DNA of 64,000 nucleotides from Candidatus Dormiibacterota bacterium (GTDB taxonomy: Bacteria > Chloroflexota > Dormibacteria > Aeolococcales > Aeolococcaceae), in NCBI GenBank assembly GCA_963833055.1, contig CAWHWM010000004.1, positions 135,643-199,642 of the forward strand. The letters are read 5' to 3'. Numbering within the stretch: the first letter of the stretch is position 1; every line of letters begins with the position of its first letter. The notes beneath the pieces were generated by a model. The model saw only the letters and a list, made by a program, of their open reading frames with translations. It was not told the origin of the DNA and ran no database searches. Positions 39,687 to 48,345 of this stretch are shown here, one piece after another. Both the position numbers and the translations under genes were made by a program.

Positions 39687-40862
39687 CTACTCCGCGGGCT
39701 GACCCGCCGCAGCCAGATCACTGAGCGCGTCCATCGCCATCTGCAGTTTTGGCCGGGGAACGCTGAAACACAGCCGGAGGTGCGACGGCACGCCGAAGGC
39801 CACGCCAGGGGTGAGCAGCACGCGCCGCTCGGTGAGCGCGTCGATGAGCCGGAGCGTGTCGGGCCAGGGGCTGCGCAACCACAGATAGAGGCCGCCCTGC
39901 GGCTCGAAGGCGTCGAGCCCCTCGGAACGAACACGGTCCATCACCAGGTCGCGCCGCTCGCGATACGGCACGGCGTTGATCTCCCACGAATCGAGGTGGA
40001 GGAGGGCACGCTGCGCGGTGGCCGGTGCGTTGACAAAGCCCAGCGCCCGCATGGCCTGCGCGAGTCCTCGATGCGTGTCCGCGTTGACGAGTGACGGGTG
40101 CAGGACGAGATAGCCGATGCGCTCGCCCGCAACGCCGAGATCCTTTGAGAAGGAGCGTGCGAGCACCGTGTGCTCGTAGATGTGAAACGGCTCGACGCGC
40201 TGGTGCGGTGGATAGATCAGCCGCCGGTAGACCTCGTCGATGATCAGCAGCACCTTGCGGTCGTGCTTGTTGTTGTGCGCCTGGAGGAGTGCCGCGAGCC
40301 CCGACAGTTCGCCGCCGTCGAGCACGTGCCCGCTCGGATTGCACGGCGAGTTGACGAGCACCGCGGCGGTATGCGAGGACAGGGCGCCGCTGATGGCGTC
40401 GAGATCCAGGCGCAGATCCGGGCCTGCGGGCACCGGGACGAATCGAGCGGACGCCGTCTCGCAATACAGGCGGAACTCCGGGAAGTACGGCGCGACGCCG
40501 ATGACGTCATCCCCCGGGTCGACGAACGTGCGAATCGCGATGGCGATCGCGGCCGCGGCGCCGGGCGTCATCGCGATGGAATCGCTGCTGATCCCCGGGT
40601 AGTCAACGTCCTCGGCGGCGCGCTCGCGAACGTCCGGGTAGCCGAGGTTGGGCATGTAGCCGAAGCGTCCGACGAAGCGTTCGCGGCTCGCCGCGGCAAA
40701 TGCCTCGACAACGCTCTGCGGCGCCTCGAGCGGCTGGCCGATCGAGAGATCGGCGACCGTTTCCTCGCCGAATTCGGCGCGGAGTTGCTCGCCCTCCATG
40801 AACATGCGCCGGATCCATCCACCATCCTGGAGTTGCGCCCGCGACCACCGGGAGATCGCCAC
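39687..40862 (-). CDS. class I/II pyridoxal-phosphate-dependent aminotransferase (aspartate/aromatic type)
   Basis: 391 aa with family-typical blocks: NSPCNPSGHV, LLIIDEVYRRLIY and the PLP-lysine block SFSKDLGVAGERIGY. Confidence 0.85.
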   Translation of the reverse strand: MAISRWSRAQLQDGGWIRRMFMEGEQLRAEFGEETVADLSIGQPLEAPQSVVEAFAAASRERFVGRFGYMPNLGYPDVRERAAEDVDYPGISSDSIAMTPGAAAAIAIAIRTFVDPGDDVIGVAPYFPEFRLYCETASARFVPVPAGPDLRLDLDAISGALSSHTAAVLVNSPCNPSGHVLDGGELSGLAALLQAHNNKHDRKVLLIIDEVYRRLIYPPHQRVEPFHIYEHTVLARSFSKDLGVAGERIGYLVLHPSLVNADTHRGLAQAMRALGFVNAPATAQRALLHLDSWEINAVPYRERRDLVMDRVRSEGLDAFEPQGGLYLWLRSPWPDTLRLIDALTERRVLLTPGVAFGVPSHLRLCFSVPRPKLQMAMDALSDLAAAGQPAE

Positions 40863-40864
40863 GT

Positions 40865-42049
40865 TCAGGCGATGCTTGTCGTGCCGGAAACGCCGCCGGT
40901 GTGCCAGCTGAACGGATAGTCGCGGTCGAAGACCTGCCGCGCGATCGCGGTGCGGTGCAACGGCCGGAAGGTGTCCACCATGACCGCAAGCTCGTCGGTC
41001 TCGCGCGGCCGGTCGAGTGACGCCTCGAGCGCACCCGGTTGCGGCCCGTGCGGCAGCCCGCCGACATGATGTGTGAACGAGCCCTGGCTGATCCCGCGTC
41101 GCGCCGCGTAATTGCCCTCGACGTAATACAGCACCTCATCGGAGTTGAGATTGCTGTGGTGGTACGGAAGGTGGATCGCCTCGGGATCCCAGTCGAGCTT
41201 GCGCGGCACGAAGGAGCAGATCACCAGGTTGTGCGCCTGGAAGGTCTGATGAATCGGCGGTGGCACATGGAAGCGGCCTGCGCGCGGCTCGAAGTCGTGG
41301 ATGTTGAACGTCACCGGATAGATGGTCCCGTCCCACCCGATGACATCGAACGGATGGTGGTCGAGCACATACCGGCTCACGTGATTCGACCGCTTGAGCC
41401 AGATCTCAGCGGGGCCGTCAGCCGGCGGCTCGAGCGCGTCGGGTCCATGAAAGTCGCGTTCGCTGAAGGGCGCGAACTCGGTGAGCTGGCCGTTGCGCGC
41501 ACGGTACCGGTCGGGCACATCGACCAATCCGGTCACCTCGATGCAGAGGATGCGCACACCGGTGAGATCGTCGAAGTCGATGCGGTAGATCGTGCCGCGC
41601 GGAATGACGATGTAGTCGTGCCGCTGGAACGCAAGACGGCCGAACTGGCTGTGCAGCACGCCGCTCCCCGAGTGCACGAAGAGCACCTCGTCCGCCGAGC
41701 CGTTGACGTAGAGCACCTGCTGCGCGGTGACCGGAGCGACGAGTCCGATGTGCACGTCGTCGTTGACGAGCAACCAGCGCCGGCCGGTGATGACGTCGCC
41801 CTGCGACGGCAGGTCGAACCCCTTGAGGTGCGCGTTGGTGTGCACCTGCTCGTGCTCGGGGGTCATGAGGTCGGCGGGTCCTTCGCTGACGTCCTGCGCG
41901 CCCTCGGGCATGCCGCGGTGGTAGAGGAGTGAGGACGGGCCGCTGAAGCCTTCGCGTCCGAAGAGCTCCTCGTACGCCAGCTGTCCGCCGTCCCCGAAAC
42001 GCATGTGCCGCTTGCGGGGCACGTCGCCGAGTTGCTTGTACGGTCGCAC
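40865..42049 (-). CDS. homogentisate 1,2-dioxygenase family protein (short, Gram-positive type)
   Basis: 394 aa. The C-terminal half aligns by eye with Pseudomonas HmgA as I recall it: LPYHHSNLNSDEVLYYVEGNYAARRG..GSFTHHVGGLPHGPQPG...LAVMVDTFRPL against [41 protein letters not shown]...MAFMFETSQVL. Confidence 0.7.
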   Translation of the reverse strand: MRPYKQLGDVPRKRHMRFGDGGQLAYEELFGREGFSGPSSLLYHRGMPEGAQDVSEGPADLMTPEHEQVHTNAHLKGFDLPSQGDVITGRRWLLVNDDVHIGLVAPVTAQQVLYVNGSADEVLFVHSGSGVLHSQFGRLAFQRHDYIVIPRGTIYRIDFDDLTGVRILCIEVTGLVDVPDRYRARNGQLTEFAPFSERDFHGPDALEPPADGPAEIWLKRSNHVSRYVLDHHPFDVIGWDGTIYPVTFNIHDFEPRAGRFHVPPPIHQTFQAHNLVICSFVPRKLDWDPEAIHLPYHHSNLNSDEVLYYVEGNYAARRGISQGSFTHHVGGLPHGPQPGALEASLDRPRETDELAVMVDTFRPLHRTAIARQVFDRDYPFSWHTGGVSGTTSIA

Positions 42050-42072
42050 GCTCAGAGCCTACCGGTTCGGCA

Positions 42073-42541
42073 CTATGCCGGTGCGCCGATGACCTCGAAG
42101 ATCGCCTCCAGCTCCACCGCGGCGCCGAGCGGCAGCTGCGCGACTCCGATGGCGCTCCGCGCGTGCCGGCCGCGCTCCTGCCCGAACACAGCGACGAGCA
42201 GGTCGGATGCGCCGTTCACCACGCCGGGTTGTCCGGTGAAGCCTGGAGCGCTGTGCACGAAGCCCGGTGAGCTTGACCACCGCGACAGTGTCGAGCGTTC
42301 CGAGCGCCGCCCGCGCCGTCGCAATGAGGTCGATGGCGGCGTTGCGGGCGAGGTCATAGCCGGCGTCGGTCTCGAGGTCCTCGCCGAGCTTGCCGGTCAC
42401 CACTGCACCGTCCCGCTTGCCGAGGTGACCCGAGAGGAAGAGCAGGTTGCCGGTCTGACGAGACGTGACGTAGTTGGCCACCGGAACCGTGGTCTCCGGC
42501 ATCACGATGCCGAGCTCGGCGAGCCGGTCGTCGATGCTCAT
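42073..42541 (-). pseudogene. RidA/YjgF/UK114 family protein, one frameshift as sequenced
   Basis: The N-terminal part (42059-42541 ORF) reads ...ANYVTSRQTGNLLFLSGHLGKRDG...VVKLTG. The family C-terminus (FVHSAPGF...[26 protein letters not shown]) is in ORF 42073-42357. The frames join if one base of CCC at 42263-42265 is removed. Confidence 0.75.
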
Positions 42542-42543
42542 CG

Positions 42544-43425
42544 TCAGTAGTCCTGCAGGTAATCGCAGTTGTCGGCAAAGCTTTCGGCGTCGAAGCCGAA
42601 ACCGACGCGCACCGAGTCGACCCGCGTGATGTTGTTGCGCCCCAGCATCTTGAGCTGGTCGCGCGTGACCGGCGGATGGCGGAGGAGCTTCTCCATGAAG
42701 AAGGCGGGCGGGATCATCATCGGCACCGGGACGTGGACGATCTTGCGGTGCAGGCCGAGCGCCGTCTTGATGGTGCGGACGATGTCCTCGTAGCTCATCT
42801 GGTCGGGGCCGCCGATCTCATAGACGCGGTTGGCCGGACCGCGCTCGAGGGCCAGCACCATGCAGCGGGTCACGTCGTCGATCGAGATCGGCTGGAAGAG
42901 CGTCCTGCCGTCGCCGGCGATCGGGATGACCGGGTTGATCCGCATCATCCGGGTCAGCAGCGTGAAGAATCCGTCGCCCGGCCCGAAGATGAGGCCGGGG
43001 CGCAGCCCGGTGTACGGCACGCCACTCGCCCGCACCGCCTGCTCGCCGAGCCACTTGCTGAGCAGGTACGGATAGCGGGGGTCCGGATCGGCGCCGAGCG
43101 CTCCCTGGTGCACGAAGTGGCCGACCTTGGCCTCTTTCGCCGCTGCCACCACGCGTTCGGTCCCTTCGCGGTTCACGCGATCGAAGGTCTGCCGGCCGCG
43201 CTGCTGGATGATCGCGACGAGGTGGATGACGGCGTCGCACCCGGCGAAGGCCTCGGCGAGCTTGGGCGCGTTGGTGATGTCCGTCTGGACGAATGTGACC
43301 CGGTCGCCCTTCGGACGGCGGGCGCTCCCGCGGGCGACGATGACCACATCGTGGCCGGCGTCCTTGAGCGCACGAACGGTGTGGATGCCGACGAAGCCGG
43401 TACCACCGGTCACCGCAACGCGCAC
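42544..43425 (-). CDS. NAD(P)-dependent epimerase/dehydratase-type SDR (NmrA/NDUFA9-like)
   Basis: MRVAVTGGTGFVGIHTVRALKDAGHDVVIVARG is a Rossmann TGxxGxxG motif. 293 aa, extended-SDR length. Confidence 0.75.
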   Translation of the reverse strand: MRVAVTGGTGFVGIHTVRALKDAGHDVVIVARGSARRPKGDRVTFVQTDITNAPKLAEAFAGCDAVIHLVAIIQQRGRQTFDRVNREGTERVVAAAKEAKVGHFVHQGALGADPDPRYPYLLSKWLGEQAVRASGVPYTGLRPGLIFGPGDGFFTLLTRMMRINPVIPIAGDGRTLFQPISIDDVTRCMVLALERGPANRVYEIGGPDQMSYEDIVRTIKTALGLHRKIVHVPVPMMIPPAFFMEKLLRHPPVTRDQLKMLGRNNITRVDSVRVGFGFDAESFADNCDYLQDY

Positions 43426-43497
43426 GCAGTTCCTCCTCGCCGGGGTGGGACGTTCGCCCGCGAGTTTACGGGCAGGGCCGCCGCCCGTGCCCCGGGA

Positions 43498-45054
43498 TCA
43501 CGATCCGCCGACCAGCGCCTCGATCACCGCGGGTGAGCCCTGCAGCGCCGTGCGCTGCATGAAGTGCTTGACCGAGCGCATTCCGCCGAGCTCCTCGCCG
43601 CCGCCGGCACGGCCGGGACCGCCGTGGACCAGCTGTGGCATGGGGGTGCCGTGGCCGGTGGACTCCGCCGCGGAGTCGCGATCGAGGACGAGCACGCGGC
43701 CGTGATACGGGGCCATGCCGGTCACCGTGCGGCGGACGAAGTCACCGTCATACGAGACGATCGAGCCGACGAGGCTGCCACCGCCTCGCGCCGCCAGGGC
43801 ACCGAGGTCGGCCGACTCGGCGCATACGGGATGAGCGTGGTGACCGGGCCGAACGCCTCGATCTCGTGCGGTTCGTCGCGGTCGCCGGTGGCCAGCAACA
43901 CCACAGGGGCCATGAACGCGCCGCGCTCCGGGTCCCCGTCCACGGGGTTGACCGACAGAGCGTTGCCGTACACGGTCTCGGTTGCGCGTCCCAGCTCGGA
44001 GACGGCGGCGCGGACCTCATCGCGCTGGTGCAGGCTCACGAGCGCACCCATGGTCACGGTCTCATTGCGCGGGTTGCCGACGACAGTCCTATCGAGCCTC
44101 GTGCGCAGGCCGGCGATCACGTCGTCGACCATCGCCTCGGGAACCATTGCCCGGCGGATGCAGGTGCATCGCTGTCCTGCTTTGGTGGTGATCTCTCGCG
44201 AGACTTCCTTGATGTACAAGTCGAATTCCGCCGTTCCCGGCTGCGGCGTCGGGTCCGAGGATGGAGCAGTTCAGCGAGTCCGTCTCAGCTGTGAATCGCG
44301 CAGCGCGTGCGGTCACGGCGTCATTGCCACGCAATACTGCCGCGGTCACAGCGCTGCCGGTGAATGCAATGACATCCTCGCCCCCGAGGTGATCGAGCAG
44401 GTCGTTCGCACTGCCGCAGATGAGCTGCACGGACCCTTCCGGCAGCGCTCCCGACGCGATGATGTCGCGCACCACGGCCTCGGTGACGTACGCGGTCTGC
44501 GTTGCAGGTTTGACGATGGAGGGGACGCCGGCAAGGATTGCCGGGGCGAGCTTCTCGAGCATCCCCCACACCGGGAAGTTGAACGCGTTGACCTGGAGCG
44601 CAACACCACGAAGCGAGGTGTACACGTGCCGGCCCGAGAAGGTGCCGCCCTTGCCGATCGCTTCGACATCGCCGTCGGGGATGAGAAAGCCGTCCGGAAG
44701 CTCGCGCCGTGCGCGGCTGCTGTATGCGAAGACCGTGCCGATGCCGCCGTCGATGTCACCGGTGCCGTCACGCCGGGTTGCGCCGGTGGCCAGCGACAGT
44801 TCGTGGTACGCGGACTTGTTGGCGTCGAGGTACGTCGCAAGCGTCTTCAGCGCCGCCGCACGCTCGTGAAACGTGAGCTGCCGCAACGCGTGTCCGCCGG
44901 TCTGCCGCGCATGGTCGACCATGGCCCGCGTATCGAGGCCGGTGCTCGAAACGCGTGCAACCGTCTCGCCCGTCGCCGCATCGGCGACCGCGATGCCCTC
45001 ATCGGGGGCGGTGTACCAGGCGCCGGCGACATAGCTGGCAAGCATCTCGGACAT
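43498..45054 (-). pseudogene. PaaN/PaaZ-type aldehyde dehydrogenase (ring-opening semialdehyde dehydrogenase family), two frameshifts as sequenced
   Basis: [61 protein letters not shown] and the C-terminal [28 protein letters not shown] closely match the E. coli PaaZ ALDH domain as I recall it. The sense passes through ORFs 44089-45054, 43722-44219 and 43498-43725. The joins are at CCC 44236-44238 and GG 43819-43820. Confidence 0.75.
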
Positions 45055-45225
45055 ACAGACGACTCTCCTTTCGGCGGTGGACTCCCTTCAGCCTAACGGG
45101 ACGCCCTCATGCGAGGCTCGGGGTGTTGCCGGAGTGGTCAGTGCCGCAATGCACACCCTCCGATGCACGCAGTCATGGTTCCATGTGCGGCTCATCGGCA
45201 CGGATTCCCACGGAGGCGCTCACCC

Positions 45226-46179
45226 ATGCGCGGCATGTTCCCGGCCATCGAACCGCGCGAGACCGGCATGCTGGCGGTCGGCGACGGCCACGAGCTGTAC
45301 TGGGAGCGCTGCGGCAATCCCGAAGGCCTTCCTGCGGTCTTTCTGCATGGCGGACCGGGATCTGGGTGCCGTCCCAACCAGCGCCGGATCTTCGATCCGG
45401 ATCTCTACGACGCCGTGCTCTTCGACCAGCGCGGAGCGGGCCGGAGCCGGCCGCTCGCGAGCGAACCGGATGCGGACCTGAGCACCAACACCACACAGCA
45501 TCTGATCGCCGACATCGAGCAGCTCCGCGAGCACCTCGGCATTGATCGCTGGACCGTGCTCGGCATGTCCTGGGGCAGCACGCTCGGCATTGCCTACGCC
45601 GAGGCGCATCCGGACCGTGTGAAGGCGCTCGTCGTGGCGCTGGTGGGGACCACGTCGCGCCGCGAGGTGGAGTGGATGACCCAGGACGTCGGACGGATCT
45701 TTCCACGGGAGTGGGACCGTTTCGCCCGCGCCGTCCCTCCGGAGTTGCGGCATCTGCGGCTGGTCGACGCCTACGCGACCCTCCTGTTCGATCCAGATCC
45801 CGAGGTGCGCGACCACGCCGCGCGGGAGTGGTGTGCGTGGGAGAACGCGCACGTCTCGCTGGCCCCGGATGCCAGTCCCAATCCCCGCTACGAAGACCCC
45901 GAGTACCGGCTCCGGTTTGCCCGCCTGGTCACCCATTACTGGCGCAATGCCGCCTTCCTGGAGGAGGGGCAACCGCTGCGAGACGCGGCGTTGCTGAACG
46001 GAATTCCCGGCATGCTCATCTGCGGGAAGTACGACGTCAGCAGCCCGCTGGAGACCGCATGGCGGCTGTCCAATGTCTGGACGACCAGCAGGCTCGAGGT
46101 CGTCGGTGATTCCGGCCATGGCGGTGGCGATGCCTTCCTCTCGACGGTCATCGAGTCACTCATCGAGCTGGCGGGATAG
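45226..46179 (+). CDS. pip: prolyl aminopeptidase (proline iminopeptidase, alpha/beta hydrolase)
   Basis: ATG at 45226 gives MRGMFPAIEPRETGMLAVGDGHELYWERCGNPEGLPAVFLHGGPGSG.... Also present are DQRGAGRS and the nucleophile block LGMSWGSTL. The ORF as tracked starts at 45109. Confidence 0.85.
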   Translation: MRGMFPAIEPRETGMLAVGDGHELYWERCGNPEGLPAVFLHGGPGSGCRPNQRRIFDPDLYDAVLFDQRGAGRSRPLASEPDADLSTNTTQHLIADIEQLREHLGIDRWTVLGMSWGSTLGIAYAEAHPDRVKALVVALVGTTSRREVEWMTQDVGRIFPREWDRFARAVPPELRHLRLVDAYATLLFDPDPEVRDHAAREWCAWENAHVSLAPDASPNPRYEDPEYRLRFARLVTHYWRNAAFLEEGQPLRDAALLNGIPGMLICGKYDVSSPLETAWRLSNVWTTSRLEVVGDSGHGGGDAFLSTVIESLIELAG

Positions 46180-46206
46180 AGCCTGCGCTGACCCGCAGCG
46201 TGTTGC

Positions 46207-46235
46207 TTGCGCGGCGAACATCTGTTCGATACACT
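46207..46235 (+). promoter_or_regulatory. SOS promoter of imuA-imuB: LexA (Cheo-type) box between -35 and -10
   Basis: TTGCGC (46207-46212), a 17-nt spacer, then TACACT (46230-46235). The spacer contains the perfect palindrome CGAACATCTGTTCG (46215-46228), which matches the Gram-positive/actinobacterial LexA consensus (T)CGAAC-N4-GTTCG(A). Confidence 0.75.
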
Positions 46236-46392
46236 GGCGGTCCCGCCTCGGCGCTCCTGCTCTCCGTCCCAGTAGGCGATGGCTTTACCCCAGTGAGGAG
46301 CGATGCCCGATTCCCTGTCCGCCGCTCTGGCGACACTTCGAACCCGCTACGGTCCCCAGGCACTCCGCCGTGGCGGGTTGCCGGAGGAGGCA
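46207..46392 (+). repeat. copy A of the duplicated promoter / 5'UTR / imuA-5' segment
   Basis: It aligns by eye with 52357-52527: same -35, LexA box and -10, similar 5'UTR, identical RBS plus start (CAGTGAGGAGCGATGCCCGATTC), then CCTGTCCGCCGCTCTGGCGAC and ...CAGGCACT.CG..GT.GCGG..TGCCGG..GAGGCA. Confidence 0.8.
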
Positions 46393-47103
46393 GGCACGTG
46401 GTCCACCGCAGTGCCGGTCCTCGATGGGGTGCTCACGCCGGGTGGGTTGCCGCACGGCCGGGTCACGCTGCTTGCCGCGGCAGGTCGTGGGCCCTCGGGC
46501 CGGCTGACGCTGCTGCAGTCGCTCGTCGCGCTGGCGAGCCGTTCGCACGACACCGGCTATGTGGATCTTGCGGGCACGCTCGACCCCGGCTTTCTCGCCG
46601 ATCTCGGCGCTGACCTCGACGCCTGTCTGGTGATCTCCCCCGGCACCGAGAGGTGGGAGCGGGGGTTGGTCATGGCGCGCGCCCTGGTGGTCGCGGGCAT
46701 GCCGTGGGTGGGAGTGGCGCTGGGCGGGGAGCAATCCCGGCCGTCGCTCTGGGAGCACGCGCTTGCCGCGCTTGCCGAGGCTGTCGCCAAGCGCGGAGCG
46801 GTCTGCGTCATCGCCACGCCGGCGCCGGTGGCGGCACCGCTTCGCCACGCATCGTCGCTCACGCTCGTCTGCACGGCTGCGGGCTGGCAGCGTGCCAACG
46901 GCGATGTGGCCGGGCTGCGGGTCCGCCTCACCACCGGCAAGAGCAAGCTCGGCGCGCCCGGCGCCGAGGCCACCGTGCTGCTCCGCTACCCCCGTCCCTA
47001 TGCCACCGCCGAGGTGGTGGGGCTGCCCAGTGTCGTCGTGCCGCGGTTGCAGCCGATCTCGGTGCCGATCCCGGATGTGGCCGGCGTGGCGGCTCGAGGT
47101 TGA
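46303..47103 (+). CDS. imuA: ImuA (ImuA') - RecA/SulA-fold accessory protein of the imuA-imuB-dnaE2 mutasome
   Basis: 266 aa. It sits directly behind a LexA box and directly ahead of a Y-family-like gene. It has a degenerate RecA-like P-loop region (GRVTLLAAAGRGPSGRLTLLQSLVA) and a beta-strand core (DACLVISP...ALVVAGMPWVGVAL). Position and size are typical for ImuA/ImuA'. Confidence 0.7.
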   Translation: MPDSLSAALATLRTRYGPQALRRGGLPEEAGTWSTAVPVLDGVLTPGGLPHGRVTLLAAAGRGPSGRLTLLQSLVALASRSHDTGYVDLAGTLDPGFLADLGADLDACLVISPGTERWERGLVMARALVVAGMPWVGVALGGEQSRPSLWEHALAALAEAVAKRGAVCVIATPAPVAAPLRHASSLTLVCTAAGWQRANGDVAGLRVRLTTGKSKLGAPGAEATVLLRYPRPYATAEVVGLPSVVVPRLQPISVPIPDVAGVAARG

Positions 47104-47104
47104 G

Positions 47105-48310
47105 GTGCGCGTTCTCTGTGCTCGCCATCCGCATCTCGGGTTGCTGGCAGCCCTCCGCCGCTATCCGGAGCTGCGCGGCGAGCCGGTGATCCTGGGGGGC
47201 GCTCCCGAGCTGCGCCTCCCGGTGGTCGCCGCTTCGGCGGCGGCTCGAGCGGCCGGGGTGCGGGTGGGGCAACCGCTCCGCCAGGCGCAGCAATCCTGCC
47301 CCGCCGCAGTGTTCGTCCCGCTCGATCCCGACGGTGTCGCACGGCTGCGCGCCGCAGTCTGCGCCGAGCTCCACCGGCTCTCGCCCACGGTGGAAGCCGG
47401 CGATGAGGAGGCATTCGGCGATCTCTCCGGCCGCCACGCCGAGTTTCCCGACGAAGCCGCCTGGGCGTCCGCCCTCGCTCGCGGATTGCGCGGCGTGCTC
47501 GATGTGGAGATCGCCGTGGGCGTGGCGGGATCGCGATTCGTCGCACGTCTGGCGGCACGGTCGAGCCATCCCGGCCGCATCCGCCGGGTTCGATCCGGCG
47601 AGGAAGCCGTCTTCCTGGCGCCGCTGCCGCTCGACGTGCTGCCGGTCGATCCCGCAGTCACCGCCCGGCTCGCCGCCTTCGGGCTCGACTGTCTCGGCGC
47701 CGTGGCCGGCCTCGGTCCAGCCGATCTGCAGCGCCAGTTCGGTCCCGACGGGCTCCGGCTGTACCGGCTGGCGCGTGGCGAGGACAGCGGGGGGATCAAC
47801 CCGGTGCCGGCACAGCGGGCATGGAGCGAGCGGCTCGTGCTCGATGGCGCCACTGGGGATCTCGAGATCCTGCTTCGCGGAGTCCGGCAGTGCACCACCG
47901 CCCTCGGTGGCCGGCTCGCCGCAGAATCCCTGGCGGCGGGTGAGGTGAGCGTGGTGTTCGAGATCGAGGAGGCCGAGGCGATCTCGGTTTCGGTGGTGCC
48001 ACCGGCACCGTCGGGCAACGTGGGTGAGCTCTGGACGGCGGCGCTCGGCCTCCTCGGTGCGTTCAAGATCCAGGCACCGGTGGCAGCTGTCCGGGTCGGG
48101 GTGACCCGGCTGACCCCGGCGGCAGGCCGCCAGGCCGATCTGCTCCGTCCTGGCGACGGCGCCCACGATGCGGTGGTCGCCACGGCGGATCGCCTCCGCA
48201 GCCGCTTCGGCACGGCCACCGTGCGCCGGCCGCGGCTCGCGCTCGATCCCGGCGACCTTCCGGAGCGGCGTTTCACGTGGGAGGCGCCGGTCGTCGCTTT
48301 GACGTCGTAG
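47105..48310 (+). CDS. imuB: ImuB, Y-family DNA-polymerase-like protein (core only; C-terminal module apparently missing)
   Basis: GTG at 47105 gives (M)RVLCARHPHLGLLAALRRYPELRGEPVILGG..., the usual ImuB/DinB-like N-terminus. An alternative ATG lies at 47075. The gene follows imuA with a 2-29 nt junction. It ends ...DLPERRFTWEAPVVALTS, without the W-W...R-D-Y...terminal block I associate with ImuB C-termini. Confidence 0.75.
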   Translation: MRVLCARHPHLGLLAALRRYPELRGEPVILGGAPELRLPVVAASAAARAAGVRVGQPLRQAQQSCPAAVFVPLDPDGVARLRAAVCAELHRLSPTVEAGDEEAFGDLSGRHAEFPDEAAWASALARGLRGVLDVEIAVGVAGSRFVARLAARSSHPGRIRRVRSGEEAVFLAPLPLDVLPVDPAVTARLAAFGLDCLGAVAGLGPADLQRQFGPDGLRLYRLARGEDSGGINPVPAQRAWSERLVLDGATGDLEILLRGVRQCTTALGGRLAAESLAAGEVSVVFEIEEAEAISVSVVPPAPSGNVGELWTAALGLLGAFKIQAPVAAVRVGVTRLTPAAGRQADLLRPGDGAHDAVVATADRLRSRFGTATVRRPRLALDPGDLPERRFTWEAPVVALTS

Positions 48311-48345
48311 GCTTCGCCTCTGGTCGACACGAGAGGAGCCGTCTG

